Virus record (IMG/VR): IMGVR_UViG_3300045988_172277 | Source: a virus | DNA: 19,905 bases | Direction: 5' to 3' (one strand) | Shown here: in pieces, positions 4,741 to 13,620 of the stretch | Layout: every line of letters begins with the position of its first letter | Position numbering within the stretch: the first letter of the stretch is position 1 | Translations under genes and position numbers: made by a program | The notes under the pieces: generated by a model | What the model saw: the letters and a program-made list of their open reading frames with translations, nothing else | Told to the model about the DNA's origin: nothing | The model's database searches: none

Positions 4741-6885
4741 TTAATTTCCAGTCATTATTTTATTTTCGACCCAAGTACCAGGACTTCCACTTGTTGTACA
4801 TGTCCACCCATCAATGATAAATAAACTGCCTGCAGTACCTTGCTCAACTGGCCTATAATTTTTTACAATATCTCCTCTATACCATTCACCTTGAGTAGGA
4901 GGTGCTATATGAAAATCATTACTATTAGAAATACTATCATTTAATGTTTTTTTCATTTCATTGTTAAATATTTTTGTAGTTTCTAACGCACCATTGATAA
5001 ATATTCCATTGTTAGCATATAATCCACCGAATTTTTGCTCTATATTATTTTTAAATATACTGTTTTTAATATTTTTCAACGTCCAAATAGGTGATTTGGT
5101 ATTTGTGAAAACATTATTTGTAACAGTTAAATCAACTACATTATCCGTAAAAACTATTCCACTGATTAAACTTACAAATTTGTTACTATCAAATATTATA
5201 TTACTTTTTTCATTAAATGCTTTATTACAAAATATCCCTATACATTTTTGACCACCAGAAAGATTATTACCAACTACATATAACAAATTGTTTGATTTGT
5301 GTTCGGCTATTGTAGTATTATTTTGTCCTCTTTCTATTGTAAGTCTTAAAATATCATATGTCCTTTTAGTTGTCATTCTTGTTGTTTTAATTACATTTGT
5401 TATTTTTATTAGTTCATTATCAATACTAGCATAGTCCCCAACATCAATATTAAACTCTTTATAGTATGCTACTTCTATTGTAGTATCTGTAAGTGATAAA
5501 CTTGTTAAAGTTGCATAAGGTAAACTGGAAAAAGTATTACCAACTATTTCAACACCTTGACTTACATTTGATTTAAAATGTATTAACATTCCTTTTCCAT
5601 AAACTACATTGTTTTTTATTATAGCGTTTTTATAAGTGTCACCAGCTTGACTATCGTCTCCCATAATAATACATAAATCAGTATTTAATCCACCTTTGTT
5701 TATGATTGTATTGTCTAAGACTTGTGCTCCATATGAATTGTTTTGAATTGACACTCCCCCGAAGTTTCCGTTGCTATCAATTATTATTGTATTACCTATT
5801 AATTTATGATTTGCACCACCACTAAGATAAACTCCAAATTTGCTTTTTAGGTATGAGTTTCGACAAATACAATTGCTTGATTTCATATTGGTTAAATCTT
5901 CTTTTGTATCATCACCAAATTCTAAAGCACCATCTGCTGCGTTTAAACTTATACAATTATCAACAAGTATATCTGTTGCTTCCCTTGGGAAATAAAATGC
6001 GTTTTGTGCTTTTGTGTCATCAACTAATACTTTTCTAACTGTAATTCTAGTACAATAATTACCAACAATTCCATTACTTCCACTATTGTATATTTTACAG
6101 TTTTCTATTAACCCATCTGTTACATATTCTAACCAAATTGAACCAGCACTAGTTTTAGAGCAACCGATATTTTGTATTATACAATCTCTAATTAATATAT
6201 TATTTACATACATTAACTTAACACCACATATAAGTTGTGTGTAAGTTGGGTCTTTATAACCAGTTATTGTTAACTTTTCAATACTAATATTATTACAATA
6301 TTGGGATTGTGTCCCTTGAATATCAAAAACATTAAACTCTCCATTTACTTCTATTTCTGAAAAATTCCCTTGGATAGCTATATTATTTTTATTTCTTAAT
6401 TGTATAGGTTTGTTTATTTTTATTTTTATATTTCGAGGAAATAAAATTGTTGTATTGTCTTTTAAATTTAAACTTAAACTATCAACATCTAAAATATTAT
6501 CAGTTATATAATTATCTGCATATAAATTTACAATACTACCTATTTGCGAATTAATTTCACTAACTTTAGTATCTATTTGTGAATTAATTTCTTTTATTTT
6601 ATTTTCAATTTTATTTTTAGTATCTACAATTTCATTTTTATTTTCTTCAATTTTATTATTTAATTGAACTTGTATATTTTCATCAATTAATATCTTTCTT
6701 AGTTTCTCATATTCACTTTTAATTTTTTTCATTAATGCAACTAAATTTGTATCACTTAATTTAATTTTTTCTGATAGTTTTTCAATGTCTTTCTCTAATT
6801 TTTTCCATTGTTGAAAATCAATGGCATTTTGGTCTTGTAATTCTTTTACATTTTGTTGAATTTTGTTTACATCAATATCGCTCAT
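4741..6885 (-). CDS. Tailspike / pre-neck appendage-like protein with an N-terminal coiled coil and a right-handed beta-helix (pectin-lyase-like) domain
   Basis: 714 aa. Residues 1-125 are heptad-rich. Repeated beta-helix signatures follow (NCISLNA.DGALEFG, NSGSNGIVGN, IENCKIYN, VLDNTIIN). Position after the collar gene matches phi29 gp12. Confidence 0.75.
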   Translation of the reverse strand: MSDIDVNKIQQNVKELQDQNAIDFQQWKKLEKDIEKLSEKIKLSDTNLVALMKKIKSEYEKLRKILIDENIQVQLNNKIEENKNEIVDTKNKIENKIKEINSQIDTKVSEINSQIGSIVNLYADNYITDNILDVDSLSLNLKDNTTILFPRNIKIKINKPIQLRNKNNIAIQGNFSEIEVNGEFNVFDIQGTQSQYCNNISIEKLTITGYKDPTYTQLICGVKLMYVNNILIRDCIIQNIGCSKTSAGSIWLEYVTDGLIENCKIYNSGSNGIVGNYCTRITVRKVLVDDTKAQNAFYFPREATDILVDNCISLNAADGALEFGDDTKEDLTNMKSSNCICRNSYLKSKFGVYLSGGANHKLIGNTIIIDSNGNFGGVSIQNNSYGAQVLDNTIINKGGLNTDLCIIMGDDSQAGDTYKNAIIKNNVVYGKGMLIHFKSNVSQGVEIVGNTFSSLPYATLTSLSLTDTTIEVAYYKEFNIDVGDYASIDNELIKITNVIKTTRMTTKRTYDILRLTIERGQNNTTIAEHKSNNLLYVVGNNLSGGQKCIGIFCNKAFNEKSNIIFDSNKFVSLISGIVFTDNVVDLTVTNNVFTNTKSPIWTLKNIKNSIFKNNIEQKFGGLYANNGIFINGALETTKIFNNEMKKTLNDSISNSNDFHIAPPTQGEWYRGDIVKNYRPVEQGTAGSLFIIDGWTCTTSGSPGTWVENKIMTGN

Positions 6886-6895
6886 AATTTACCTC

Positions 6896-7549
6896 CTAAA
6901 AAACAAATAAGAATAAGTTTTCAAGTTCTTTAAATATCATTTGGTCTATGTTAATTAAAACATTTCTCCACTTTTCTAATAGTTCTGCACTTGATGTAAT
7001 ACCAATGTTACCTTGTGATATTAATTCATACTCTTCTGTGTTATTTGACTTATTTTTTATTGTATTGTTTGCATTAGACGTAGAATTATTTGTTGAATTA
7101 CTATTAGTTTTACTTGCTGATGTCATATATTTATCTAAATCATCAATCTTATTTTGAGGTGTATCATTAGCAATTGATAAATCATTACTGGTAGATGTGT
7201 TATCACTACTAGAAGTGGCTTGACTATTTCCTTCGCTTTCCCCGTTTAACTTTCTTATATAGCTTTCTCTTAAATCTTTATTTAACATAAAGTCTATGTC
7301 ATGACATCTTATTTCTGTTTCATAAAGTTGTTTGTACTTTGGATAAATATCATTAAGTGTAGAAATTAAATGTTGTTTAAAAATATTAATATTATCAAAC
7401 CCAATTTCATAAAACATAAAATGCTGAAAAAATTTTTCTTGAAAGTAAGGCTTTAACTCATTATTATACAAGTTGTAAGGTTGGTCAAATAAATTATAAG
7501 TATCATCTTTATAAATGTAATAAAGTTGTAATGTATATTTACTACTCAT
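6896..7549 (-). CDS. Putative lower collar protein (gp11 position) with an S/N/T-rich low-complexity insert
   Basis: Assigned by synteny only, immediately after the portal gene. Start moved to ATG 7549 (MSSKYT...), 6 nt after SD AGGAGG. The track start at 7573 lies inside the portal gene. Confidence 0.5.
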   Translation of the reverse strand: MSSKYTLQLYYIYKDDTYNLFDQPYNLYNNELKPYFQEKFFQHFMFYEIGFDNINIFKQHLISTLNDIYPKYKQLYETEIRCHDIDFMLNKDLRESYIRKLNGESEGNSQATSSSDNTSTSNDLSIANDTPQNKIDDLDKYMTSASKTNSNSTNNSTSNANNTIKNKSNNTEEYELISQGNIGITSSAELLEKWRNVLINIDQMIFKELENLFLFVF

Positions 7550-8405
7550 TATTTTCCTCCTTTTCCTCATCATCTTGATAATATTTAGTTATCATTTCTT
7601 TGTTAGGTAATACTTTTACATTTAATCCAAATTTTTTATTAATTTCTTCACATGCTTGAAGTCTATTTTTATACATTAACATTGCATTTGTACTAATAAA
7701 GTCATTATTAGAATTGATTTCATCAGTTAATAACCTTTCTTTTTTTTCAAAGTTGTTATTTAATGATAAAAAAGTTAATATTTCTCTTTCAAGTTCGTAT
7801 TTATATTCGTTTAATTTATCAGCTACATAAGGCGTCGGCATAGTTAACACTTCTAGTGCATTTTCTCCTAATCCAATATCCTTATTAGCTAAAATAAAAG
7901 GCTCAAAATTTTCTACCTTTTCAAATATTATTTCTAGTGATTTTTTGGTTTTTTCTGTCGCATTAATGAACCATGGAAATTTTTGTTGATTTATATTTGC
8001 TCTTATACACATTTCAACCTCTAACATTCTTTCAGCATAATTACTTATATAATGTCTTGTTGCTTTTGCTAAATCATTATTTCTAATTAAAACACAATCT
8101 TTTTTATTTATATAATTAATAGTTTTTATATAATTATAACCCGAAGTTATTACCTCTGTACTTTCCCCATTTATATTCATATTAGCACCAAAATTACAAG
8201 GTACTGAAATTAAACTCATATTATCATCATTGTTAACAAGACAAAGCCCATTTTCATATAGTGCATTTTCAATGTAACGAGAGTTCATTGTTTGAGGTAA
8301 ATTTTCCCATGTAAACATGTTTAATGCTAACATTTTATAATAATCATAAATTCTAGTAAAATTTATATTTTTATAAACTTCTATTGCTTGTTTATTTTTA
8401 CTCAT
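7542..8405 (-). CDS. Portal / upper collar connector protein, phi29 gp10-like
   Basis: FTWENLPQTMNSRYIENAL, TPYVADKLNEYKYELEREILTFLSLNNNFEKKERLLTDEINSNND and ACEEINKKFGLNVKV parallel gp10 (FEWENLPPTINPSFLEKSI, APYVVDKLNAQK...LEKKERMVTDEVSSNDE, ACEKINELYGLNVKV). Start set at ATG 8405, 7 nt after SD GGAGGTG. Confidence 0.9.
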   Translation of the reverse strand: MSKNKQAIEVYKNINFTRIYDYYKMLALNMFTWENLPQTMNSRYIENALYENGLCLVNNDDNMSLISVPCNFGANMNINGESTEVITSGYNYIKTINYINKKDCVLIRNNDLAKATRHYISNYAERMLEVEMCIRANINQQKFPWFINATEKTKKSLEIIFEKVENFEPFILANKDIGLGENALEVLTMPTPYVADKLNEYKYELEREILTFLSLNNNFEKKERLLTDEINSNNDFISTNAMLMYKNRLQACEEINKKFGLNVKVLPNKEMITKYYQDDEEKEENNE

Positions 8406-8409
8406 AATA

Positions 8410-9699
8410 TTACACCTCCACATTCCCTTGTAATTGACTTACTGAATAATCTCCAATATTTGCCCCATTGTCAACGTGCCAAATTGTTACACCTCTATTA
8501 AAAATATCCTTTATTTCTTCTAAATATTCATGAGGTATTTCATCACCTACAATGTTACAAGTATTTGTTTTAATAAAGTTAAAATAACGTCTTGAATTTA
8601 CATTAATTTTTTCCCACTTATTAACTTTATATCCATACTTAACAAAATAATCATAAATTCTATGCTTGTATCTAAAATCTAAACCAAATTCTATAATATC
8701 TATCTTTCTATTACTATTTACTAAATTAAATAGCGTGTCGTTACCACTTGTTTTTATACTATTTGGAGTGTTTAATAAGTCTGTTGTTTTAGCATTTGCT
8801 AATGATGATACTTCAAAATTTGATAATTTATTTTTTTCTTTTAATTGACTATTATTTAAATTATTTGACAATGTATTAAAATGTTGGTTTATTCCTGCTT
8901 GTGCTACTCCCATTGCTCCATTAACAACTCCACCAAAATTTAATGAAAGTAAACTTGCAATTGCACCTAAACCACTACTAATACCCTGCATGTAATTATT
9001 TGTTGTATTTTGTCTATAATTTAAACTATTAGTTGCTAACCCTTGCTTTAATGTCAAATCATTTTCTAACATTGCATTAATATTACCTTGGTTAAAACTT
9101 GCTGAACTTGTTGCTAAAAATTGAGAATACGCACTAGATAAAACTGGTAACATTAAAGGACTATTATTAACAATTCCGTTTAAATTACCATTATAATCTC
9201 CCTTATAACCATTTACATATAAATTATATTTACTTTCTGTTGCAATATTTGTTGCTTTTACTCTTAATTTTAATGTCTTATTTTCACATAGTTCGGGTTT
9301 TATAACAAGAGGAGTATTCATATAGTCAGTTATCATAAAATATCTGAAAGGAAATGTGTATAATTTTGGTTCAAAAGTGGGTAATCCATTATCGTTGTCG
9401 GGGAAAGTATTTAATTCGTATAGTTGTTTATCAATTGTATCAAATCCCGACATTCTGTAACACTTTGGTATGCCACCTTTTGGTGAGCCGTACCTATCAC
9501 TATCAAATGAACACTCAACTATTGTACTCATGTCGTCAACTTCAATAAAAGGGTTATATGTTAAACTTTGTATTGTATCAACAAATCCTAAATAAGTTGC
9601 ACTATTAATTTTTTCCCTAGGTATGCAATAGTAATAAAGTCCAACGGGAATATTTCCCATTACACTACTTTCAATATCATTTCCAGCTACAATACTCAT
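8410..9699 (-). CDS. Tail knob protein, C-terminal two thirds of a phi29 gp9-like protein (includes the Gly/Ala-rich hydrophobic loop)
   Basis: YFVKYGYKVNKWEKINVNSRRYFNFIKTNTCNIVGDEIPHEYLEEIKDIFNRGVTIWHVDN parallels the gp9 C-terminus ([36 protein letters not shown]...IFDNGITLWHTDN). GLYYYCIP resembles the gp9 CYYIHP. The loop GISSGLGAIASLLSLNFGGVVNGAMGVAQAG resembles the gp9 pore-forming loop. Confidence 0.85.
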   Translation of the reverse strand: MSIVAGNDIESSVMGNIPVGLYYYCIPREKINSATYLGFVDTIQSLTYNPFIEVDDMSTIVECSFDSDRYGSPKGGIPKCYRMSGFDTIDKQLYELNTFPDNDNGLPTFEPKLYTFPFRYFMITDYMNTPLVIKPELCENKTLKLRVKATNIATESKYNLYVNGYKGDYNGNLNGIVNNSPLMLPVLSSAYSQFLATSSASFNQGNINAMLENDLTLKQGLATNSLNYRQNTTNNYMQGISSGLGAIASLLSLNFGGVVNGAMGVAQAGINQHFNTLSNNLNNSQLKEKNKLSNFEVSSLANAKTTDLLNTPNSIKTSGNDTLFNLVNSNRKIDIIEFGLDFRYKHRIYDYFVKYGYKVNKWEKINVNSRRYFNFIKTNTCNIVGDEIPHEYLEEIKDIFNRGVTIWHVDNGANIGDYSVSQLQGNVEV

Positions 9700-9711
9700 T
9701 CATTACACCTC

Positions 9712-11274
9712 CTAATCATTTATTATACTTCTATATCTATAATTGTCATTTGGTGTTCTATCATTTTCCATTATATCTGTACCAGTTTGTTTTGCCTCTA
9801 TTACATGAATTGAACCATCATTATTTTTAGAAATAAACATAACTACGTGGCCATTATCTGTTTTACCCCTTGTGAATACCAAATCACCCATTTTTAAATT
9901 GTCATATGTTGTTTCTTTCCCATCTTGTATTTGTGTATATGTTGTCCTTGAAATTTTTATTCCATTTTCATTATACGCCCATTGACATAAACCCGAGCAA
10001 TCAGTTCCTTTATCACTGCCTAATGGGGGATAATTGCCACCCCATACATAGGGTTTTCCTAACAATTTTCTTGCACTTGCAACTACATTTTCTCTTATTG
10101 TAGATGTAGGTTGCTCTTGTCGATTATATGGACTAGGTATATAACCCATACCGTTATTATCTGTTATATAACCGCTACCGTCTAATATTTCAATTTTTTT
10201 GTAATTATAGTCTGCATTTAAAAATACATTAGCTTCGGCTTTTCTTCTATTTCTTAATCCTTGCTCAAATTGTGAACCTTGCATAATTACAGTTGTTTTC
10301 CAAACTTCGGCAATACTTTCCTTGCTATCACCATTGATATACTTTGTAAAAATAGAGCGACTTGTTAAACTTCCAGTATTATAATAAAAATCTACAAAAG
10401 CGTCAAACTCATTTTGTTTCATTTTATTCATGTCGAAACCATAAGAAACAAAAGTATCATGGACATATTTTGAATAACTTTTATACAAACTGTCGCCTAA
10501 TACCTCCGAAGCTTGTTGCTCTGTACATTTAGGAGCAAGTTGATTATAATGTGTACTATCATATTCACTTGTTGTACCATATCCAATAGTGAATGTTCCA
10601 TCCCCCAAATTGTAAGGAGTTGAAGAAAATCCTTCACTTTGTTTTATGAAGTAAATACCTAGCATACTCATGTACCCATCTTTGTATAATGTAGATTGAT
10701 TACCCGTTGACCCACCAGTTGAGCCACCACTAGAACCACCATTTATCATTCCAAGTCGTGTGGAACTTGTCAAAAAATAACACCCTTTATCGCTATAGTC
10801 ATAAGCATTATAAATTTCTTGTACTTTTAACTCACCAACTTCTAAATCTTCGGGTTCTAGCAAATTATCTAAATCTATATTACCGTTGGTGTCAAATCTA
10901 TTACAATGTTGTCTTTCTATATAACTCTCTATTTTATCAAAGCTGATATTAAAATAATAAGTTTGAAACACATCTAATTTTACTATAAATTTTGTACTGC
11001 GTTCTGTTACATACTCTTTATTTATTATGAAAAAATATTCCCATCTTGTCCCGTTATTCCATAAACAATAATTATAATTCATGCAATCATCAATATATTT
11101 ATCAATTGTTAAACTTCTTTCTTTTCTTAAATAAGTGCATTCTGTCATTACATATTTTGCTTTATTTAAAAACCAGTTTATTTGATTATTTATATTTGTA
11201 AAATTTACAGTATGATTATAATTAATGTCAAGTTCGGGAATACTACAAAAGAAAACTTTGCTTAAACGTGGCAT
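9712..11274 (-). CDS. Tail-associated peptidoglycan hydrolase: gp9-like tail-knob N-terminal domain, Gly/Ser linker, GH24-type phage lysozyme and NlpC/P60 endopeptidase
   Basis: The N-terminal ~170 aa (NNQINWFLNKAKYV...RWEYFFII...LDVFQTYYFNISFDKIESYIERQHC) parallel the gp9 N-terminus (SNQYNWFNSKSRVY...KWFYAFVT...[23 protein letters not shown]). Linker GGSSGGSTGGSTG. Lysozyme motif QSEGF..PY.LGDGTFTIGYG...GLRNRRKAE. NlpC/P60 motif GKPYVWGG...GTDCSGL...GHVVMF. Confidence 0.85.
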   Translation of the reverse strand: MPRLSKVFFCSIPELDINYNHTVNFTNINNQINWFLNKAKYVMTECTYLRKERSLTIDKYIDDCMNYNYCLWNNGTRWEYFFIINKEYVTERSTKFIVKLDVFQTYYFNISFDKIESYIERQHCNRFDTNGNIDLDNLLEPEDLEVGELKVQEIYNAYDYSDKGCYFLTSSTRLGMINGGSSGGSTGGSTGNQSTLYKDGYMSMLGIYFIKQSEGFSSTPYNLGDGTFTIGYGTTSEYDSTHYNQLAPKCTEQQASEVLGDSLYKSYSKYVHDTFVSYGFDMNKMKQNEFDAFVDFYYNTGSLTSRSIFTKYINGDSKESIAEVWKTTVIMQGSQFEQGLRNRRKAEANVFLNADYNYKKIEILDGSGYITDNNGMGYIPSPYNRQEQPTSTIRENVVASARKLLGKPYVWGGNYPPLGSDKGTDCSGLCQWAYNENGIKISRTTYTQIQDGKETTYDNLKMGDLVFTRGKTDNGHVVMFISKNNDGSIHVIEAKQTGTDIMENDRTPNDNYRYRSIIND

Positions 11275-11290
11275 TTTTATACCTCCTAAT

Positions 11291-11318
11291 ATTAGAAAAG
11301 GGGAAAATTTTTCCCCTT
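11291..11318 (-). terminator. Hairpin with short T tract just after the capsid gene (probable partial terminator or attenuator)
   Basis: On the - strand AAGGGGAAA..TTTCCCCTT is followed by TTCT. It sits between the capsid stop (11322) and the SD of the next gene. Confidence 0.45.
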
Positions 11319-11321
11319 ATA

Positions 11322-12374
11322 TTATTCTTTTACTACAAATTTTACACAATTTACAAAGTTACAACTTGCAACAATTCCCCATCTATTGAACCAAACATTT
11401 GTGTATAAAGCTTGAGGGTTTCTAAAAGTTTCTGAACTGTTTAAAGTTTCCCATATTTGGATTGCTTCTTTATCACAAATTATACATTGAGTTTCTGTAT
11501 CTTCGGCATAAGTGTAAGTAGAAGTAGAAGTAGACTTTGTGCATTTTTCGAAATAATCGATTGGTAATACATGAAGATTAATTTCATCATAACTTACATT
11601 AAATGCTTGTGCTAATAATTGAACGTCCATAACTGCAAGTAAGTCAGTTGGGACAAAGCAAACTAACTCATTAGGTTTACTGTATGTCATTACACCTTGA
11701 CCATTATAATTATTAGATAAAAATTTCATCTTTAATATATAAGATTTTATTGCAGTAACTAAACTTTGTGCTTTAGCTTGTAATGTTAATTTATCATATT
11801 CAGTTTTCCCAATTTTGACTTCTGCACCTTTTATGTGAGCAAGTGCATGTTTTACCAATAAAAAGTCATCATATTCAGCAGAATTTAAAGGTGATTGTAA
11901 AATTCTTGATGTTAACTCACTTAATCCATTTTCATTTCTAAACGCACCCTTTAATTCCTCGTCAGAAATAGTTGCTTGATATTGCAATTGTTTATTTTCA
12001 CTATAATATTCAACCGTTACATTTGGTGCTTGTCTGCTTAATAAATCACTTGCTAAATTTGTTGCAGTTGTTTGCCTCGTCCTGTCTTTACCCTTAACTA
12101 TATCAACAAAAATACTTTCAATTGATTTTCCGTATGGCAATATCCCTTTTTTGAATAGCTTGTACGGATTTTCATAAGCCTTATTAAAAAATCTTTGTTT
12201 AGCAACTTGGTTTGTAAGAACTGTTACAAACTCGTTTTTTGCAGTTGGATAAGATGAAATAATATCACCAATTTTGTGCATATTTGCTTTTGTAATATCA
12301 CCTATTCTGTCTTTAAATTCTTGACTTGTTGCACTTGCAAGTGCTTTTGTAAAAGTAACATTATCTAATGCCAT
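11322..12374 (-). CDS. Major capsid protein, phi29 gp8-like
   Basis: [28 protein letters not shown] parallels the gp8 [37 protein letters not shown] parallels [39 protein letters not shown] parallels [30 protein letters not shown]. Confidence 0.9.
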   Translation of the reverse strand: [350 protein letters not shown]

Positions 12375-12386
12375 AATTTATTCCCC

Positions 12387-12671
12387 CTATTTATCAAAAT
12401 TCTTTAAAATATAATCTATGTCAATTTCATTATCGCCATCTTTTTTAGAAGATGAATTATTATTTGAATTATTATTTGAAACTGGTATTTGCTCAAACAA
12501 TTCATAATTTTTTATTTTTAATCTATTTATTTCTTCATTTAAAGAAGTTATATTGTTTTCTTTTTCTGTCATTGCTACTTTTTGATTTTCTAATAAATCA
12601 TTTAAATTTTTCTTTTCATCTTCAATTTTCTTTATATATTCTTGTGCTTCTTCAATTGTTTTAAATTCCAT
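12387..12671 (-). CDS. Scaffolding protein (gp7-like coiled coil)
   Basis: 94 aa and mostly heptad-like. First gene of the late operon, directly before the capsid gene. NYELFEQI resembles the gp7 NSKLFRQI. SD AAGGAGGT. Confidence 0.65.
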   Translation of the reverse strand: MEFKTIEEAQEYIKKIEDEKKNLNDLLENQKVAMTEKENNITSLNEEINRLKIKNYELFEQIPVSNNNSNNNSSSKKDGDNEIDIDYILKNFDK

Positions 12672-12880
12672 AATTTAACCTCCTTTTTTGTTTTACTCGT
12701 AAATGAGTATAACTGTATTCTTAATTAAGTCCTCATTTAAGAGGACTTTATAAAAATACAAAACTGCAATTATTTAAATGTATATAATAGTGTTGCAAAT
12801 CACAATATTACAGTTAGAGGCTCTTCACCTTTGCACTTAACTATAAGTATTATATTTAAACTTTTAAATAACTACACTTT

Positions 12881-12909
12881 ATTGTATGAAAAATTAAGAA
12901 AAAGGTTAA
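12881..12909 (-). promoter_or_regulatory. Putative late-operon promoter TTAACC-17 bp-TACAAT (late motif TCATACAATAAAGTGTA)
   Basis: On the - strand, -10 at 12881..12886 and -35 at 12904..12909, overlapping one terminator arm. A leader of about 200 nt follows before the scaffold gene. Confidence 0.45.
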
Positions 12910-12921
12910 CAAAAGTTAACC
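12890..12921 (-). terminator. Intrinsic terminator ending the replication/sigma operon
   Basis: On the - strand the stem GGTTAAC-TTTT-GTTAACC (12904..12921) is followed by TTTTTCTTAATTTTT. It lies 10 nt after the stop at 12931. Confidence 0.65.
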
Positions 12922-12930
12922 CTTTTTTCA

Positions 12931-13620
12931 TTAATTGTATAATAATTCTTTTATTTCTTCATCTTTTTTGTTTTTAATAATTTGTTTTCTTAAACATTCT
13001 ACTCTTAAATAAACTGTGTGTCTTGTAAAATTTTTTCCTTGCTTTGTTTTATAACCATGTTTGGTTAAATAATCAGCTATTTGACTAAAACTAAACCCAT
13101 CTGATAACATATATAAAATTATTTTATTAATTTCATAATAATAAGAATTTCCACAATCTAATATTTCATTTATTGCAGTTTCTAAAGTTTCAAACTGATA
13201 TTCATCTTCTTTCCCAGTATACCTATCTAGTAAATTTTCTCTTTCTACGTCCCCATTATTTTCTAAAATGTAATCTGTAGAATAATCAGCACCAAACTCA
13301 TTAAATTTTGATTTTCTATCATTATCTCTTAATTTGCTAGCTAGTTCTTTAAAAATTACTGTTGCTACAAAAGTATTTGCACTAGATATTTCATAATTTA
13401 GTTGAGGCCATACCTTGCTCAATTTTACACAAACAATTGATACACAATCTTCATAATCTAACCTTAATCTATTGAAACCACTTTTATATTTATTATATAC
13501 TACTTTTACTCTTGCATATATATACTTCATATTTTCATTACAAAATTCATTAAAATCTTCATATATTTTTCTTTCCTTTAATTCTCCAAATTTATTTTTT
13601 CTTAATATAACCTTGCTCAT
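12931..13620 (-). CDS. Sigma-70-family-like (ECF/group-5-like) transcription factor candidate
   Basis: Region-2-like DYEDCVSIVCVKLSKVWPQLNYE.SSANTFVATVIFKELASKLRDNDRKSK. Region-4-like HTH INKIILYMLSDGFSFSQIADYL...FTRHTVYLRVECLRKQI. Start moved to ATG 13620, about 10 nt after SD AAGGGGA, because track TTG 13629 is 1 nt from the SD. Confidence 0.5.
   Translation of the reverse strand: MSKVILRKNKFGELKERKIYEDFNEFCNENMKYIYARVKVVYNKYKSGFNRLRLDYEDCVSIVCVKLSKVWPQLNYEISSANTFVATVIFKELASKLRDNDRKSKFNEFGADYSTDYILENNGDVERENLLDRYTGKEDEYQFETLETAINEILDCGNSYYYEINKIILYMLSDGFSFSQIADYLTKHGYKTKQGKNFTRHTVYLRVECLRKQIIKNKKDEEIKELLYN

Noticed and set aside
6541-6600. Short near-direct repeat ATTTG(c/t)GAATTAATTTC in the tailspike gene
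   Set aside because: It simply encodes the repeated heptad segment EINSQI within the N-terminal coiled coil and is not an independent DNA element.
6896-12671. Asn/Ser/Thr-rich low-complexity tracts in the collar (SSSDNTSTSN...NSNSTNNSTSNANN) and scaffold (NNNSNNNSSS) proteins as possible functional repeats
   Set aside because: Such tracts are a common compositional by-product of AAT/AGT-rich codon usage in very AT-rich genomes. There is no higher-order periodicity at the DNA level.
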